64,000 bases of DNA, taken from Candidatus Curtissbacteria bacterium RIFCSPLOWO2_02_41_11 (GTDB taxonomy: Bacteria; Patescibacteriota; Microgenomatia; Curtissbacterales; GWA2-41-24). The translations under genes and the position numbers were made by a program. The DNA is taken from the NCBI GenBank assembly GCA_001775055.1, contig MFBU01000007.1, positions 1,683 to 65,682 on the forward strand. The letters run 5' to 3'. The notes beneath the pieces are model-generated. The model searched no databases. It saw only the letters and a program-made list of their open reading frames with translations, and had not been told where the DNA came from. Shown here in pieces: positions 25,842-35,464 of the stretch (positions are counted from its first letter, which is position 1; every line of letters starts with the position of its first letter).

Positions 25842-27881
25842 TTACCCCAAAATTTCCCTAACTTTATTAATAATAGAAGAAGCAGAAATTCCTTCCCAGT
25901 CAAGTAATTGATCGGGTTTCCCCGACATCGGCAATTTGCCAACCGCCAGCTTATAAATTTTAACCTTTCCACTTTGGGCAAAAACATTTAAAACCGCATC
26001 GCCAAGACCCCCGTCAAAATAGTGATCCTCAACCGTAATAATCAAATTATTGGTTTGTTGGGCAGATTTTTTGAGGGTTTTCTCATCAATCGGTTTGATA
26101 CTGTAGGCATCAATTACTCTGACTCTAATTCCTTTTTTGGCAAGTTCATCGCAAGCTTTTATCGTCTCAATTAGAGTCACCCCACAGGCAACAATTGTCA
26201 GCTTATCATCTTTACTTGATCTGACAACTTTACTGCCACCGATTTTAAACTCTTCTTTCTGATCATAAATGACAGGTGTTGCTGGTCTGTTTGTGCGAAT
26301 GTAGAAAATGCCCTGATTTTCGGCAGCCAGCGCAACTAGCCGGACACAGGAAACAGCATCAGCCGGATATAAAATCGTACTGCCGAAAATTGAGCGAAAC
26401 ATTGCCAGATCCTCAAGCCCCATTTGTGAAGGGCCGTCTTCGCCGATTGAAACACCGGCATGCGAACCCACAAATTTGATATTGGCACCAGAAATCGCAC
26501 TTATTCTAATTTGATCGGCTGCCCTACTTAAAAAAGCCGCGAAAGTCGAGACAAAAGGAATTTTGCCGCGTTTAGAAAGACCAAGTGCCACACCAACCAT
26601 ATTTTGCTCGGCAATAAACATTTCAAAAAACCGCTCTGGGTATTTTTCTTTAAAAAGTTCAGAATATGTTGAATTCTTGACTTCCGCATCAAGACTGACT
26701 ATACGTGGATCAATCTCGCCAAGTGCAACTAATGCTTCCCCGTAGGCTTTGCGAGTCGGAACCATCTCGCCTAATTGATAATTAACTTTTAATTTTTGAT
26801 TTGTAATTTTGAATTTTGAATTTCCCGACCTCGTCTCGACTCGGTCGAGGACGGGTTGAATTTTGAATTTTTCTGTAGTTGGTTTCTTTATCTCGCTCTT
26901 GATCTCAAAATCAATCTCACCTAATTCTTTTACTGCCTCTTTAAATTGTTCTTCGGATAACGCCTTTCCATGCCAACCTTCCTTATCCTCCAAAAAGCTA
27001 ACACCTTTACCTTTAATTGTTTTAGCAATAATCATCTGGGGTTGACTCGATCCATCTGGCAACAAATCAAGAGTCCGCACAATAGACCTTAGATCGTGTC
27101 CATCTACAAGATGAGTTTGCCAACCAAAAGCCTCAATGCGCTCTTTATATTTATCAACGTCCCAACCAAGCATCGTCTGACCGCTTTGCCCAAGTCTGTT
27201 AATATCAATAATGCCCACCAAATTACCCAGTTTATAATAAGAAGCAAGCTCAACAGCTTCCCAAACTGATCCTTCGCTAGTCTCAGAATCACCCATCAGA
27301 ACGTACACTTTTGGAAGAGTATCACGGGTATCACGAGCTTGAGAATTGCGGGTGGCAGTGGTAGGAGGGTTCCCGACCCCACTTCGCTTCGCTTCGAGGG
27401 GCACAGCAGCGCTATCATCGCTGGCGGGCTTGCCCACCGAAGCTTTAGCGGAGGCGGGAGGGAAACCACTGACAGGACCCGAAATTCTCATCGCCAGTGC
27501 CATCCCAAGACCAATCGAAAGCCCCTGCCCTAAAGAACCGGTTGCCACATCCACATATTTAAAACGGGGAGTCGGATGCCCTTCAAGCGGACTTTCAAAC
27601 TTCCGATAGCCATCTAATTCTTTCTCTGTCAATACTCCAGCTGCAGCATAGAGTGCATAAAGCAGAGGTGAAGCATGGCCTTTGGAAAAAATCACCCTAT
27701 CATTAGCCGAATTTTGGGGATTTTCAAGATCAAATCGCAAGTGATTAAAGAAAAGGGCAACCATCAGATCGGTTGCCGAAAGCGAAGAGGTTGGATGTCC
27801 CGAGCCGGCCTTGGTAGTCATGCGCAAAATATAATAACGAACTAACTTCGCCAGCTTCTCAAGCTTAGCAATATCTGCCAT
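25842..27881 (-). CDS. tkt: transketolase (with two in-frame repeat insertions)
   Basis: 679 aa; ThDP motif 'GDSETSEGSVWEA', 'SHAGVSIGEDGPSQMGLEDLAMFR', N-terminal 'AGSGHPTSSLSATDL'. Confidence 0.85.
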   Translation of the reverse strand: MADIAKLEKLAKLVRYYILRMTTKAGSGHPTSSLSATDLMVALFFNHLRFDLENPQNSANDRVIFSKGHASPLLYALYAAAGVLTEKELDGYRKFESPLEGHPTPRFKYVDVATGSLGQGLSIGLGMALAMRISGPVSGFPPASAKASVGKPASDDSAAVPLEAKRSGVGNPPTTATRNSQARDTRDTLPKVYVLMGDSETSEGSVWEAVELASYYKLGNLVGIIDINRLGQSGQTMLGWDVDKYKERIEAFGWQTHLVDGHDLRSIVRTLDLLPDGSSQPQMIIAKTIKGKGVSFLEDKEGWHGKALSEEQFKEAVKELGEIDFEIKSEIKKPTTEKFKIQPVLDRVETRSGNSKFKITNQKLKVNYQLGEMVPTRKAYGEALVALGEIDPRIVSLDAEVKNSTYSELFKEKYPERFFEMFIAEQNMVGVALGLSKRGKIPFVSTFAAFLSRAADQIRISAISGANIKFVGSHAGVSIGEDGPSQMGLEDLAMFRSIFGSTILYPADAVSCVRLVALAAENQGIFYIRTNRPATPVIYDQKEEFKIGGSKVVRSSKDDKLTIVACGVTLIETIKACDELAKKGIRVRVIDAYSIKPIDEKTLKKSAQQTNNLIITVEDHYFDGGLGDAVLNVFAQSGKVKIYKLAVGKLPMSGKPDQLLDWEGISASSIINKVREILG
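26809..26870. repeat. hairpin element with 15-bp flanking direct repeats, in-frame in tkt
   Basis: 'ttgaattttgaattt' + 'cccgacctcgtctcgactcggtcgaggacggg' + 'ttgaattttgaattt' (TSD-like). Confidence 0.6.
27346..27484. repeat. dispersed element inserted in-frame in tkt (same family/frame as 18133-18260 in sufC)
   Basis: encodes 'ISGPVSGFPPASAKASVGKPASDDSAAVPLEAKRSGVGNPPTTATRNSQ'; also contains 'gaagctttagcgga' shared with 18415 and 7737/44199. Confidence 0.7.
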
Positions 27882-27946
27882 ATTCCAAGATTAGCACAAG
27901 AGAAAAGGCTGCGACTATTAGGAGAAAATAAGGTCAAGGGGAATTG

Positions 27947-28840
27947 TCAAGCCGCCAACCTATCAATCATTTCTTGGGAAACTTCTCGACCAGCCAGGCT
28001 AAAGGCGGTTATGATTTTCACCTTAGGATGAACTCCTAAGGCAGAGTGGCCAGTATTAACAAAATATGTACCTTGGAATTTGCCATTATCAAACTGACAG
28101 ACTTCGTTATTTTCGCTTTCAATAATTGTGTAACCAACCCCTTCTGGAACTCTGACTTCAACCTCATCACCATATTTGGCTCTAAGCCGAAAATCATCCC
28201 CATTAGAAATCGCCAAATAGATCAAGCCAACAGCCGAATTAAGCCGACACTTAACCGGAATGCCTACCAAATCCATATGGTTAACCATCTTTTTTACCTG
28301 CTGGGGATGTTCAAGTGCCGCCATCAAGGCCTCGAGCGTCGCTTTGCTCCAGAGCCACCAATTAACTCTTTTACCGGTCGCTCTAAAAACCTCTCGAGTC
28401 TTCTTAAGTAAAATCTGTTCTCTTTTTTTGATCTCCTCGCGATTGACTCCATACGGATACTCGGCGTAATAGACGTCGTAATCAAGACCCGAAAGCCAAT
28501 TACCCATTGGCTCAAGAGACCACTTGGAACCCAATAGGCCAGTTGCTAGAATCGTCGGTTGATCATGGCCACGGGGAATTCCTTCCGTTGAGAGGTGATT
28601 GTCAAAACGGTCTCTAAGAAACGCCAGTCCACCACGCTGCAAATCAATGCCTAATCCCCATAGATCAAAAGGTAAATCAAGAGGTGAGGCAAAAAGACTC
28701 CTCAAAAAATGCCTTCTAGTCCTTGGCAAATCTCCGATCTTAAAGAGTACTTGACCGTCCCCGTTACTTGAGACATCTTGCTCCGAGGGAGAAGTAACAC
28801 GCAGCCTTTCTACCATGGATAATAGACAGTCCAATCCCAT
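27947..28840 (-). CDS. hypothetical protein (possible alpha/beta-fold enzyme)
   Basis: 297 aa; weak 'ATGLLGSKW' nucleophile-elbow-like motif only. Confidence 0.3.
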   Translation of the reverse strand: MGLDCLLSMVERLRVTSPSEQDVSSNGDGQVLFKIGDLPRTRRHFLRSLFASPLDLPFDLWGLGIDLQRGGLAFLRDRFDNHLSTEGIPRGHDQPTILATGLLGSKWSLEPMGNWLSGLDYDVYYAEYPYGVNREEIKKREQILLKKTREVFRATGKRVNWWLWSKATLEALMAALEHPQQVKKMVNHMDLVGIPVKCRLNSAVGLIYLAISNGDDFRLRAKYGDEVEVRVPEGVGYTIIESENNEVCQFDNGKFQGTYFVNTGHSALGVHPKVKIITAFSLAGREVSQEMIDRLAA

Positions 28841-28896
28841 TCTTGCTCTTAAAATTTTTTAATGTCAAGAAAAGATGAATTAAAGGTGATAAGAAA

Positions 28897-29100
28897 TTAA
28901 AGCTTAACGCTGGTTTTTTTACTTTCCTGAAGTTCTCTCTTCTCGCGGATTTCGGCAAATTGGGCATCGACAACCTTTTGACAAGCGCTGTCCGGACAGA
29001 CAGTCTCAACATGAGTTATCGGCGTACCCCGATTTACTGTTTCTTTCCATGTGCGCTTAACAATTCTTGTCTTGCCACAACGGATGCAGGGAGTTTCCAT
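28897..29100 (-). CDS. small zinc-ribbon protein
   Basis: 67 aa; 'CIRCG...CPDSAC' CxxC...CxxxC. Confidence 0.3.
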   Translation of the reverse strand: METPCIRCGKTRIVKRTWKETVNRGTPITHVETVCPDSACQKVVDAQFAEIREKRELQESKKTSVKL

Positions 29101-29238
29101 TTTAAGACGAAATTTATTTTAACATTGAAGACTTTTAAAGTCAATTAAACTATGGGGTAAGTGCACTTGAAAAGTTGGGGACGATTTTCGAACTGATGGA
29201 GAATTGCAAAACATTTGAATATCCGCGATCGTGAAAGT

Positions 29239-29505
29239 TTAAGGGGTTTCCTTGGATCTACGAGTGAAGATTTTATATCCAGCGTACATTAAAAATCCAC
29301 CTATTACTAAATCTGTTAAACTATCAGCGGTTATCATCTTGTACATACCGATTGTGAACATGGTTGCTGCAGCAATTTTGACACCGGTATTTATTACCGT
29401 TTCCCTTGAAAGATTATGATTAAATTCGGCATTTTGGGGTTGAAAACTAAACCCCTTATCAACAGAATATGTACCTGTAAATGTAGGACTAATTTCTGGA
29501 CTCAT
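29239..29505 (-). CDS. hypothetical small membrane protein
   Basis: 88 aa, 2 TM. Confidence 0.25.
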   Translation of the reverse strand: MSPEISPTFTGTYSVDKGFSFQPQNAEFNHNLSRETVINTGVKIAAATMFTIGMYKMITADSLTDLVIGGFLMYAGYKIFTRRSKETP

Positions 29506-29591
29506 AACAAAAACGAATTATACTACACTATAGGATGTAAATCAACTTTTAAGAAACAAGAGTTTATTATCTGCTGGTATACTGTTTCTTA

Positions 29592-30935
29592 ATGTTTTCT
29601 TTAGCCCAAAATTATTTAACTCGTGGGTTTTGGGGTGATGAGGCCTGGACTTCCTTGATTTCCCAACTTCCCTATTTGCAAATGTTAAAGACCACTGCTG
29701 CCGACTTTCATCCTCCAGCCTACTACACAATCGTCGAGATCGTTTATAAATTTTTGCCGCCAACAGAAATAGTCACCCGTTCGATTTCGATCGTCTTCTA
29801 TTTGTTAACTATATTTCTTGTATATAAACTGGCCTCAGAAGTTAAAGGCCCCACCTCCGCTGAAGCTTCGGTGGGCAAGAAACTTTTTGGCATAATTTCG
29901 GCGCTGGTGGTTGCCGCCAATCCGATCTTTTTTATCTACGCTTTTGAAGCCCGAAATTACACCATGTTTGCCTTTGCGGCGACCGGATCCATTTATTTTC
30001 TAATTAAACTTTCTGAAAATTTTAGCTGGCGGGCTGCAGTTGGCTTTGTACTTTTTTCAACTTTGGGAATCTACACCCATTACTACATGTTTTTTATTTT
30101 GGCAGCCCAAGGTCTTTATTTAATTCTTTTTGACCGCAAGATTCTTTTAAAAGTAATCGGTCTTTACATAGTGGTAGCAATTTTATACTTGCCCTGGATT
30201 CCCTTTTTGGCAGGACAAGTTAAGTCAGCTGGTCAAAATTATTGGATCGGAGCAATCGACCAAAGAACTCATTTTGAAGCAATTTTGCGCATTTTTGGTG
30301 GAGAGTTTAAAAATGCTTTTCGACCATTTTTGTTTAGCCTGTCAGTAGCACTTTTGGTCATAGGGTTGATCCAACATGCACTGCGCCACAAGTTTGAGAA
30401 GCCGTATCTTCTAATTTGGCTCTGGGCAACTGTGCCCTTTATTTTGGCAAGCCTGCCTGGCTTGGCCATTGACGGATTAAAATTGCCTTTTCGCCCGATT
30501 TTTTTCTGGCGCTATCTAATCGGCGCGGCAGTTCCTCTTGCCATAGTGATGGTTCATACGAGTGAGAAATTGCCGAAGTATCTGTTTGTAATCTCAATTG
30601 CGGCAATAATCGCATTAAGTATTATCATTGACGCTTTAACTTTTAGCAGATATCCTTACACTTTTCGCCAGGCTTATCAGCAAAAAATATTGCCGAAAAT
30701 TTCCTCCCAAGATAAAATTGTGACGGTTCTGCCATCTTTTGCCGAAGTTGCCTATTATAGGCAGCGATTTGGGATTAAAAACGACTTGATTGTTCTACCG
30801 GAAGGCTTGGTGCAGTTTTCCGGCAAAAGCCTGCTTGACGCCTATGTCGAAAATCAAATAGTGACAATTGACGAAGCACCATCCGGAAATTATTTTGAAC
30901 TAAGACCGGGACCAAGTTTAGTGATTAGAGACTAG
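29592..30935 (+). CDS. GT39/ArnT-PMT-like membrane glycosyltransferase
   Basis: 447 aa, ~11 TM; N-terminal 'GFWGDEAWTS' + periplasmic loops typical of GT-C family 39 enzymes. Confidence 0.55.
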   Translation: MFSLAQNYLTRGFWGDEAWTSLISQLPYLQMLKTTAADFHPPAYYTIVEIVYKFLPPTEIVTRSISIVFYLLTIFLVYKLASEVKGPTSAEASVGKKLFGIISALVVAANPIFFIYAFEARNYTMFAFAATGSIYFLIKLSENFSWRAAVGFVLFSTLGIYTHYYMFFILAAQGLYLILFDRKILLKVIGLYIVVAILYLPWIPFLAGQVKSAGQNYWIGAIDQRTHFEAILRIFGGEFKNAFRPFLFSLSVALLVIGLIQHALRHKFEKPYLLIWLWATVPFILASLPGLAIDGLKLPFRPIFFWRYLIGAAVPLAIVMVHTSEKLPKYLFVISIAAIIALSIIIDALTFSRYPYTFRQAYQQKILPKISSQDKIVTVLPSFAEVAYYRQRFGIKNDLIVLPEGLVQFSGKSLLDAYVENQIVTIDEAPSGNYFELRPGPSLVIRD

Positions 30936-30949
30936 AGACTAGAGTTAAG

Positions 30950-31010
30950 AAAATTATAATTTGAAATTTGTAATTTTTAATGAAATCTTAATTTGAAAAT
31001 TTATCTGATT
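30950..31010. repeat. family-F AT-rich repeat, inverted copy ('taatttgaaatttgtaatttttaatgaaatcttaatttgaaaattt')
   Basis: reverse-complement similarity to 14725-14795/17643-17742. Confidence 0.4.
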
Positions 31011-32525
31011 CTGATGAAGAAACTTATAAATATCCATTATCTAATTCTAACTTTAATACTTTTCGTGATTTTTCTATTTCGTCTCCCCTCTCTATTTGAG
31101 CCCTATTGGTATGGCGATGAAGGCATCTTTGCGGCTGTTGCCGCCAATCTAAATCAAGGCGGCGTCCTTTATCAAACGGCTTGGGATAACAAACCGCCAA
31201 TGATTTATCTAACTTACGCGGCAATTTTTAAGCTCTTTGGCGTCTCCATGTTTTGGCTAAGACTTGTAACGCTGGCGCTAGTTTTGGCAACCGCTGTCGT
31301 TATCTATGAAATTGCCAAAAATATTTTAGGTGAAAAAAGGGCGCTTTTGGCCATCTTCATCTTTGGTTTTTTGACATCTTTAAGAATTGTCGAGGGCAAC
31401 TTGGCTCTGACTGAAATTTTTATGATTTTGCCAATTTCTGCGGCAATGATGATTGTAATCCTTCGCAAATTCGATCCTCTTTCGCTTTTTGCGGCCGGCA
31501 TGCTTTTTGCTATTGCTTCTCTTTACAAGCAGGTAGGAGCATTTGAGGCTGTGGCACTTGGCATCTTTCTTTTTTGGGCAAGCGAAAACTTTGGCAAGTT
31601 TATCAAAGGGGCAGTAGTCTTATCTTCTGGTTTTCTGATACCCCATCTTCTAACAATCGGCTATTTTGCTTCCAAAAATCTAATCGGTGATTATATTTTT
31701 GCTGCTTATACTTATTACCGGATTTATCTTGGGGAAAGCCCCAAATATGCGTTTCTTATTAATCTTCTCAAATTTATACCGATTATCACTGTCATCACTT
31801 ATGGATTTTGGCAAAAAACCAAAAAAGAAATCAGTACGTTTCACTTAATTTTGCTTTGGACGGCCTTTTCGTTTCTAGGGAGTTATTTTTCTGGCAGAAC
31901 CTACGGTCATTATTTAGTCCAGGCGATACCACCAACGTCATTATTGATAGCATCGATTTCATTTAAGCCGATCCTCAAAAGGGCTAGGGTAACTTTTGCA
32001 CTTTTCTTCTTTATCCCACTAATTTTTCTAACTAAACTTTTGTTTACTGATTTTCTCTCCGGCGGCCCAATTAATCAGATTAAATACTGGCAGAATTTTA
32101 TCCAGTTCACTCAAGGTCAAAAAAGTATCAATGCCTACAATGATTTTTTTGACAAAAATGTTAATTCCATAATGGGTTTGGCCGATTTCTTTAATACGCA
32201 AAAGAAGGAGAAAAATGTCTTAGGCCCGCAGGCGCAGCCAAGGACCGCAAGCTCTGCTTATATCTGGGGAGATTATCCTTGGCTCTACGCAATCGCTAAC
32301 CTTTACGATCCTACTCGCTATGTCACTTCTTTCCATGTCTTTGGGGTACCAAATGGCCAAGAGGAAGTAGCAGGTGCGCTAAGTAGCAATCTTCCCCAGT
32401 TTATTATTAAACCGCCAAGTTCAATTGGCTATTTTGAAGGTCTTGAGAAAATTTTAGCCAAAAAGTATAAAATAGTCGGCAAAATAGAAAACAGCCAGGT
32501 TTTTGAGAAAAAAGAAGAATTTTGA
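30993..32525 (+). CDS. GT39/ArnT-PMT-like membrane glycosyltransferase (second copy)
   Basis: 510 aa; 'PYWYGDEGIFAAVAANLNQGG...WDNKPP' N-terminal signature of ArnT/PMT-family GT-C enzymes. Confidence 0.55.
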   Translation: MKIYLILMKKLINIHYLILTLILFVIFLFRLPSLFEPYWYGDEGIFAAVAANLNQGGVLYQTAWDNKPPMIYLTYAAIFKLFGVSMFWLRLVTLALVLATAVVIYEIAKNILGEKRALLAIFIFGFLTSLRIVEGNLALTEIFMILPISAAMMIVILRKFDPLSLFAAGMLFAIASLYKQVGAFEAVALGIFLFWASENFGKFIKGAVVLSSGFLIPHLLTIGYFASKNLIGDYIFAAYTYYRIYLGESPKYAFLINLLKFIPIITVITYGFWQKTKKEISTFHLILLWTAFSFLGSYFSGRTYGHYLVQAIPPTSLLIASISFKPILKRARVTFALFFFIPLIFLTKLLFTDFLSGGPINQIKYWQNFIQFTQGQKSINAYNDFFDKNVNSIMGLADFFNTQKKEKNVLGPQAQPRTASSAYIWGDYPWLYAIANLYDPTRYVTSFHVFGVPNGQEEVAGALSSNLPQFIIKPPSSIGYFEGLEKILAKKYKIVGKIENSQVFEKKEEF

Positions 32526-32547
32526 GAAAAAAGAAGAAAGTTAATTT

Positions 32548-32919
32548 ATGCCTTTTGTCACCCTCAAAGATGAAGCCAGCCAAAGTTTGACTACTGACCG
32601 TTTTGCTTTTTCGATTTTAATCTTCTGCAGCCTTTCAATTTTGGCTCAAATATCATTAATTTTGGTTTCTTGGGGTAAACTCCCACCCGAACTGCCGCTT
32701 TTTTATTCAAGACCCTGGGGCGAGCCGATGCTAACTTCACCCCTATTTTTATGGATCTTGCCGTCAGTTGCTGCCCTCTTAACCATCGCCAATTTTTCAA
32801 TTGCCATTTTTTGGCTAAAAACCAATTATTTTCTTACCCGTGTTTTAATAATTTTTGCTGCCCTTGTCGCTTTTGCCACTCTTTATGACAGCGCCAAAAT
32901 AATTTCCCTTTTAACATGA
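32548..32919 (+). CDS. hypothetical membrane protein
   Basis: 123 aa, 3-4 TM. Confidence 0.3.
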   Translation: MPFVTLKDEASQSLTTDRFAFSILIFCSLSILAQISLILVSWGKLPPELPLFYSRPWGEPMLTSPLFLWILPSVAALLTIANFSIAIFWLKTNYFLTRVLIIFAALVAFATLYDSAKIISLLT

Positions 32920-34004
32920 CCGTTATTCTGTCTTTTCTATTGGCTTTGGGCCTTTCACTAATACTAACACCAGCAATAATTTCACTTGCTAAAAAATATA
33001 AACTAGTTGATGATCCTCGCCGCCGTCCTCATCCGGCAACCATCCATAAAAGAATCATTCCCCGGGCCGGAGGAGTTGCCATCTTTTTGGCATTTCTGAT
33101 AACGGCACTTCTAACCCTACCGATGTCTCAAAAGCTTTTGGGGGTCATTTTAGGCGGCTTAATTTTAATTGCCGTCGGTATCATTGACGATCGGCGTGAT
33201 TTAAAAAGTTATTGGAAAATCTTAGCTCAAATACTGGCAGCGCTTATAGTTGTCGGCTCGGGAATCGGCATCAGTTTTATCACCAACCCCTTCTCTCTAC
33301 TAGGACTGACCAACGCTTCAATGGATGTCATCAGACTTGACGAGTATCGCATTTTCTTTGACTTTTTTGGACCGCATTCGATAATCATTTTAGCTGATCT
33401 TTTTGCTCTTTTCTGGATTGTCTGGGTTATCAACATGGTTAATTTTTCAAGCGGGGTCGACGGCCAAATGCCCGGAATTGTTCTAATTACCTTAATGGTC
33501 ATCTTTGCGGCAAGTCTTAGGTTCCCGGGTGATCAAAGCCAAATGATTGTAAGTGCGCTTTCCCTAATTGGTGCCGGAGCAACCTTAGGATTTTTGTTCT
33601 ACAATTTTTATCCGGCTAAAATTTTCCCAGGCGATTCCGGCTCTTACTTTTTGGGATTTTTGGTGGCTACTCTGGCCATTCTTTCCGGCGCCAAAGTCGG
33701 CACCGCTATTTTGGTAATGGCTATTCCACTTTTGGATGGCGTTTTTACGGTGATTCGCCGACTTGCCGAGGGTAAATCACCCTTTGTTGGCGATCGCAAA
33801 CACTTGCATCACCGACTCTTGGAATTAGGCTGGGGCCAAAGACGAATTGCCTTGTTTTATTACCTGGTCTGTGCTATTTTGGGTGCGGCTGCACTGACTC
33901 TGCACTCCGCAGAAAAGCTGTTTGCCGCAGTAATTGTTGCTATTATTGTCTTAGGAGGCTTACTTTGGTTAAATATGACTTTACCAATCGAGGCCCGCAA
34001 ATAA
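32916..34004 (+). CDS. polyprenyl-phosphate N-acetylhexosamine-1-phosphate transferase (MraY/WecA family, GT4)
   Basis: 362 aa; 'IIDDRRDL', 'NMVNFSSGVDGQ', 'FPGDSGSYFLGF' MraY/WecA motifs. Confidence 0.8.
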   Translation: MTVILSFLLALGLSLILTPAIISLAKKYKLVDDPRRRPHPATIHKRIIPRAGGVAIFLAFLITALLTLPMSQKLLGVILGGLILIAVGIIDDRRDLKSYWKILAQILAALIVVGSGIGISFITNPFSLLGLTNASMDVIRLDEYRIFFDFFGPHSIIILADLFALFWIVWVINMVNFSSGVDGQMPGIVLITLMVIFAASLRFPGDQSQMIVSALSLIGAGATLGFLFYNFYPAKIFPGDSGSYFLGFLVATLAILSGAKVGTAILVMAIPLLDGVFTVIRRLAEGKSPFVGDRKHLHHRLLELGWGQRRIALFYYLVCAILGAAALTLHSAEKLFAAVIVAIIVLGGLLWLNMTLPIEARK

Positions 34005-34975
34005 TCTGGCTTCCCTTCTGGCTATTTGTTTCCGCACGGCCCCGTCAATGGCTTAAAAATCTGGCGCTTTATGCCACCATAGTTTTTGAAGGCGAGTTTT
34101 TCAATTTAGATAAGTTTTTATTGACCACTTTAGGTTTTGCGATTTTTTGCCTTGTCACTTCCGGAATTTATATTATCAATGATGTCATAGATCTTGAAAA
34201 AGACAAACATCACCCGTTTAAAAGCAAACGGCCGATTGCCGCCGGCAGAATCAACCCACAAATCGCTTTAGTCTTTGCCCTCATATTTCTGGCGACAGCC
34301 CTTTTTGCCTCGGTCAAAATCTCGGCATTCTTTACCTTTGCAACCACTTTTTATGCAATTCTGCAAATTATCTATTCACTTTTCCTAAGATCAATAATTT
34401 TATTGGATGTCATGACTATTGCCACCGGCTTTTTGCTTAGAGTTTACGCCGGGGCAGTTCTTATCGATGCTCATGTAACGGTCTGGTTTATTTTAACCGT
34501 AGCCTCACTGGCTCTCTTTTTGGCCATCGGCAAAAGAAGGTCAGAGCGAACTCTGCTTCTGGGATTAAAAGAAAAAAGCCTGGAAACACGCCGTATTCTT
34601 CTTCATTACCCCGAATCCTTACTTGACTCGTTAACCATGATGTTTGCAACTGCAACCTGGTTTTCCTATACGATGTTTACCTTTCTGCAGCCGCCATCAG
34701 GCGCCGGAGCCCAAGTTCTAGTTTTATTCGGCGACTTTTTACCCAGAACATTTTTGGCTTCCAAATGGCTGATGCTTTCCGTTCCTTTGGTTATTTATGG
34801 CGTCATGCGTTATTTATTCGTTATTTATGAGAAAAAAGAAGGCGAATCGCCAGAGCGGGTACTTTTATCCGACATCCCTCTTTTGTTTTCAGTTTTAGTC
34901 TGGGCAATTTTAGTCTTCTTTGTAATCTACGGCAGCGATATTTTGCCGACAAGACTTATTAGATATCTGCAGTAA
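33965..34975 (+). CDS. UbiA-family prenyltransferase, decaprenyl-phosphate phosphoribosyltransferase-like
   Basis: 336 aa; 'ARPRQWLKN', 'NDVIDLEKDKHHP...KRPIAAGRI' DPPR-synthase-type motifs. Confidence 0.7.
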   Translation: MVKYDFTNRGPQIIWLPFWLFVSARPRQWLKNLALYATIVFEGEFFNLDKFLLTTLGFAIFCLVTSGIYIINDVIDLEKDKHHPFKSKRPIAAGRINPQIALVFALIFLATALFASVKISAFFTFATTFYAILQIIYSLFLRSIILLDVMTIATGFLLRVYAGAVLIDAHVTVWFILTVASLALFLAIGKRRSERTLLLGLKEKSLETRRILLHYPESLLDSLTMMFATATWFSYTMFTFLQPPSGAGAQVLVLFGDFLPRTFLASKWLMLSVPLVIYGVMRYLFVIYEKKEGESPERVLLSDIPLLFSVLVWAILVFFVIYGSDILPTRLIRYLQ

Positions 34976-34992
34976 TAAATCCCTAAAAGATA

Positions 34993-35448
34993 CTATTTAA
35001 CCTCCACTTTAAACTCGACTGCTTGAGTTATGTCGAGTGAAGCCTCCTGAGTTGAGATCAGACTAATGGAAACTGAAGCTTGGCTTGGAATAGAAATCGA
35101 GGTTGACTGATTGTTTAAATCCTCGCCCCAAAAAAGTTTGGTATCGCCCGAAGTTCTCCTAAGTAAGTATGTTTGGGTTCTATCAGTCGGATTATTAATT
35201 ATCAAAATACCAAGATACGCCTGGGAAGGACCCTGTTTGCTAAAGGAAATTCGGTAACTATCCGCGTCTTGAGAAAATTCCATCCCCGGAAATTTTTCAA
35301 CCTGAGATACCACTAAAAACTGACTCTGGCTTTTAACACCGGCCACGCGGGCAAAATTCTTAGCAAAGAAAAAAGGCGTGGCTATTAAACCAACAAGTAA
35401 AACTACAGCCATGAAATTCAGAGTAATTTTCAGAAAATGATTATTCAT
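34993..35448 (-). CDS. hypothetical secreted/anchored protein
   Basis: 151 aa, N-terminal TM. Confidence 0.3.
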   Translation of the reverse strand: MNNHFLKITLNFMAVVLLVGLIATPFFFAKNFARVAGVKSQSQFLVVSQVEKFPGMEFSQDADSYRISFSKQGPSQAYLGILIINNPTDRTQTYLLRRTSGDTKLFWGEDLNNQSTSISIPSQASVSISLISTQEASLDITQAVEFKVEVK

Positions 35449-35464
35449 ACTAATCTATCGTTTA

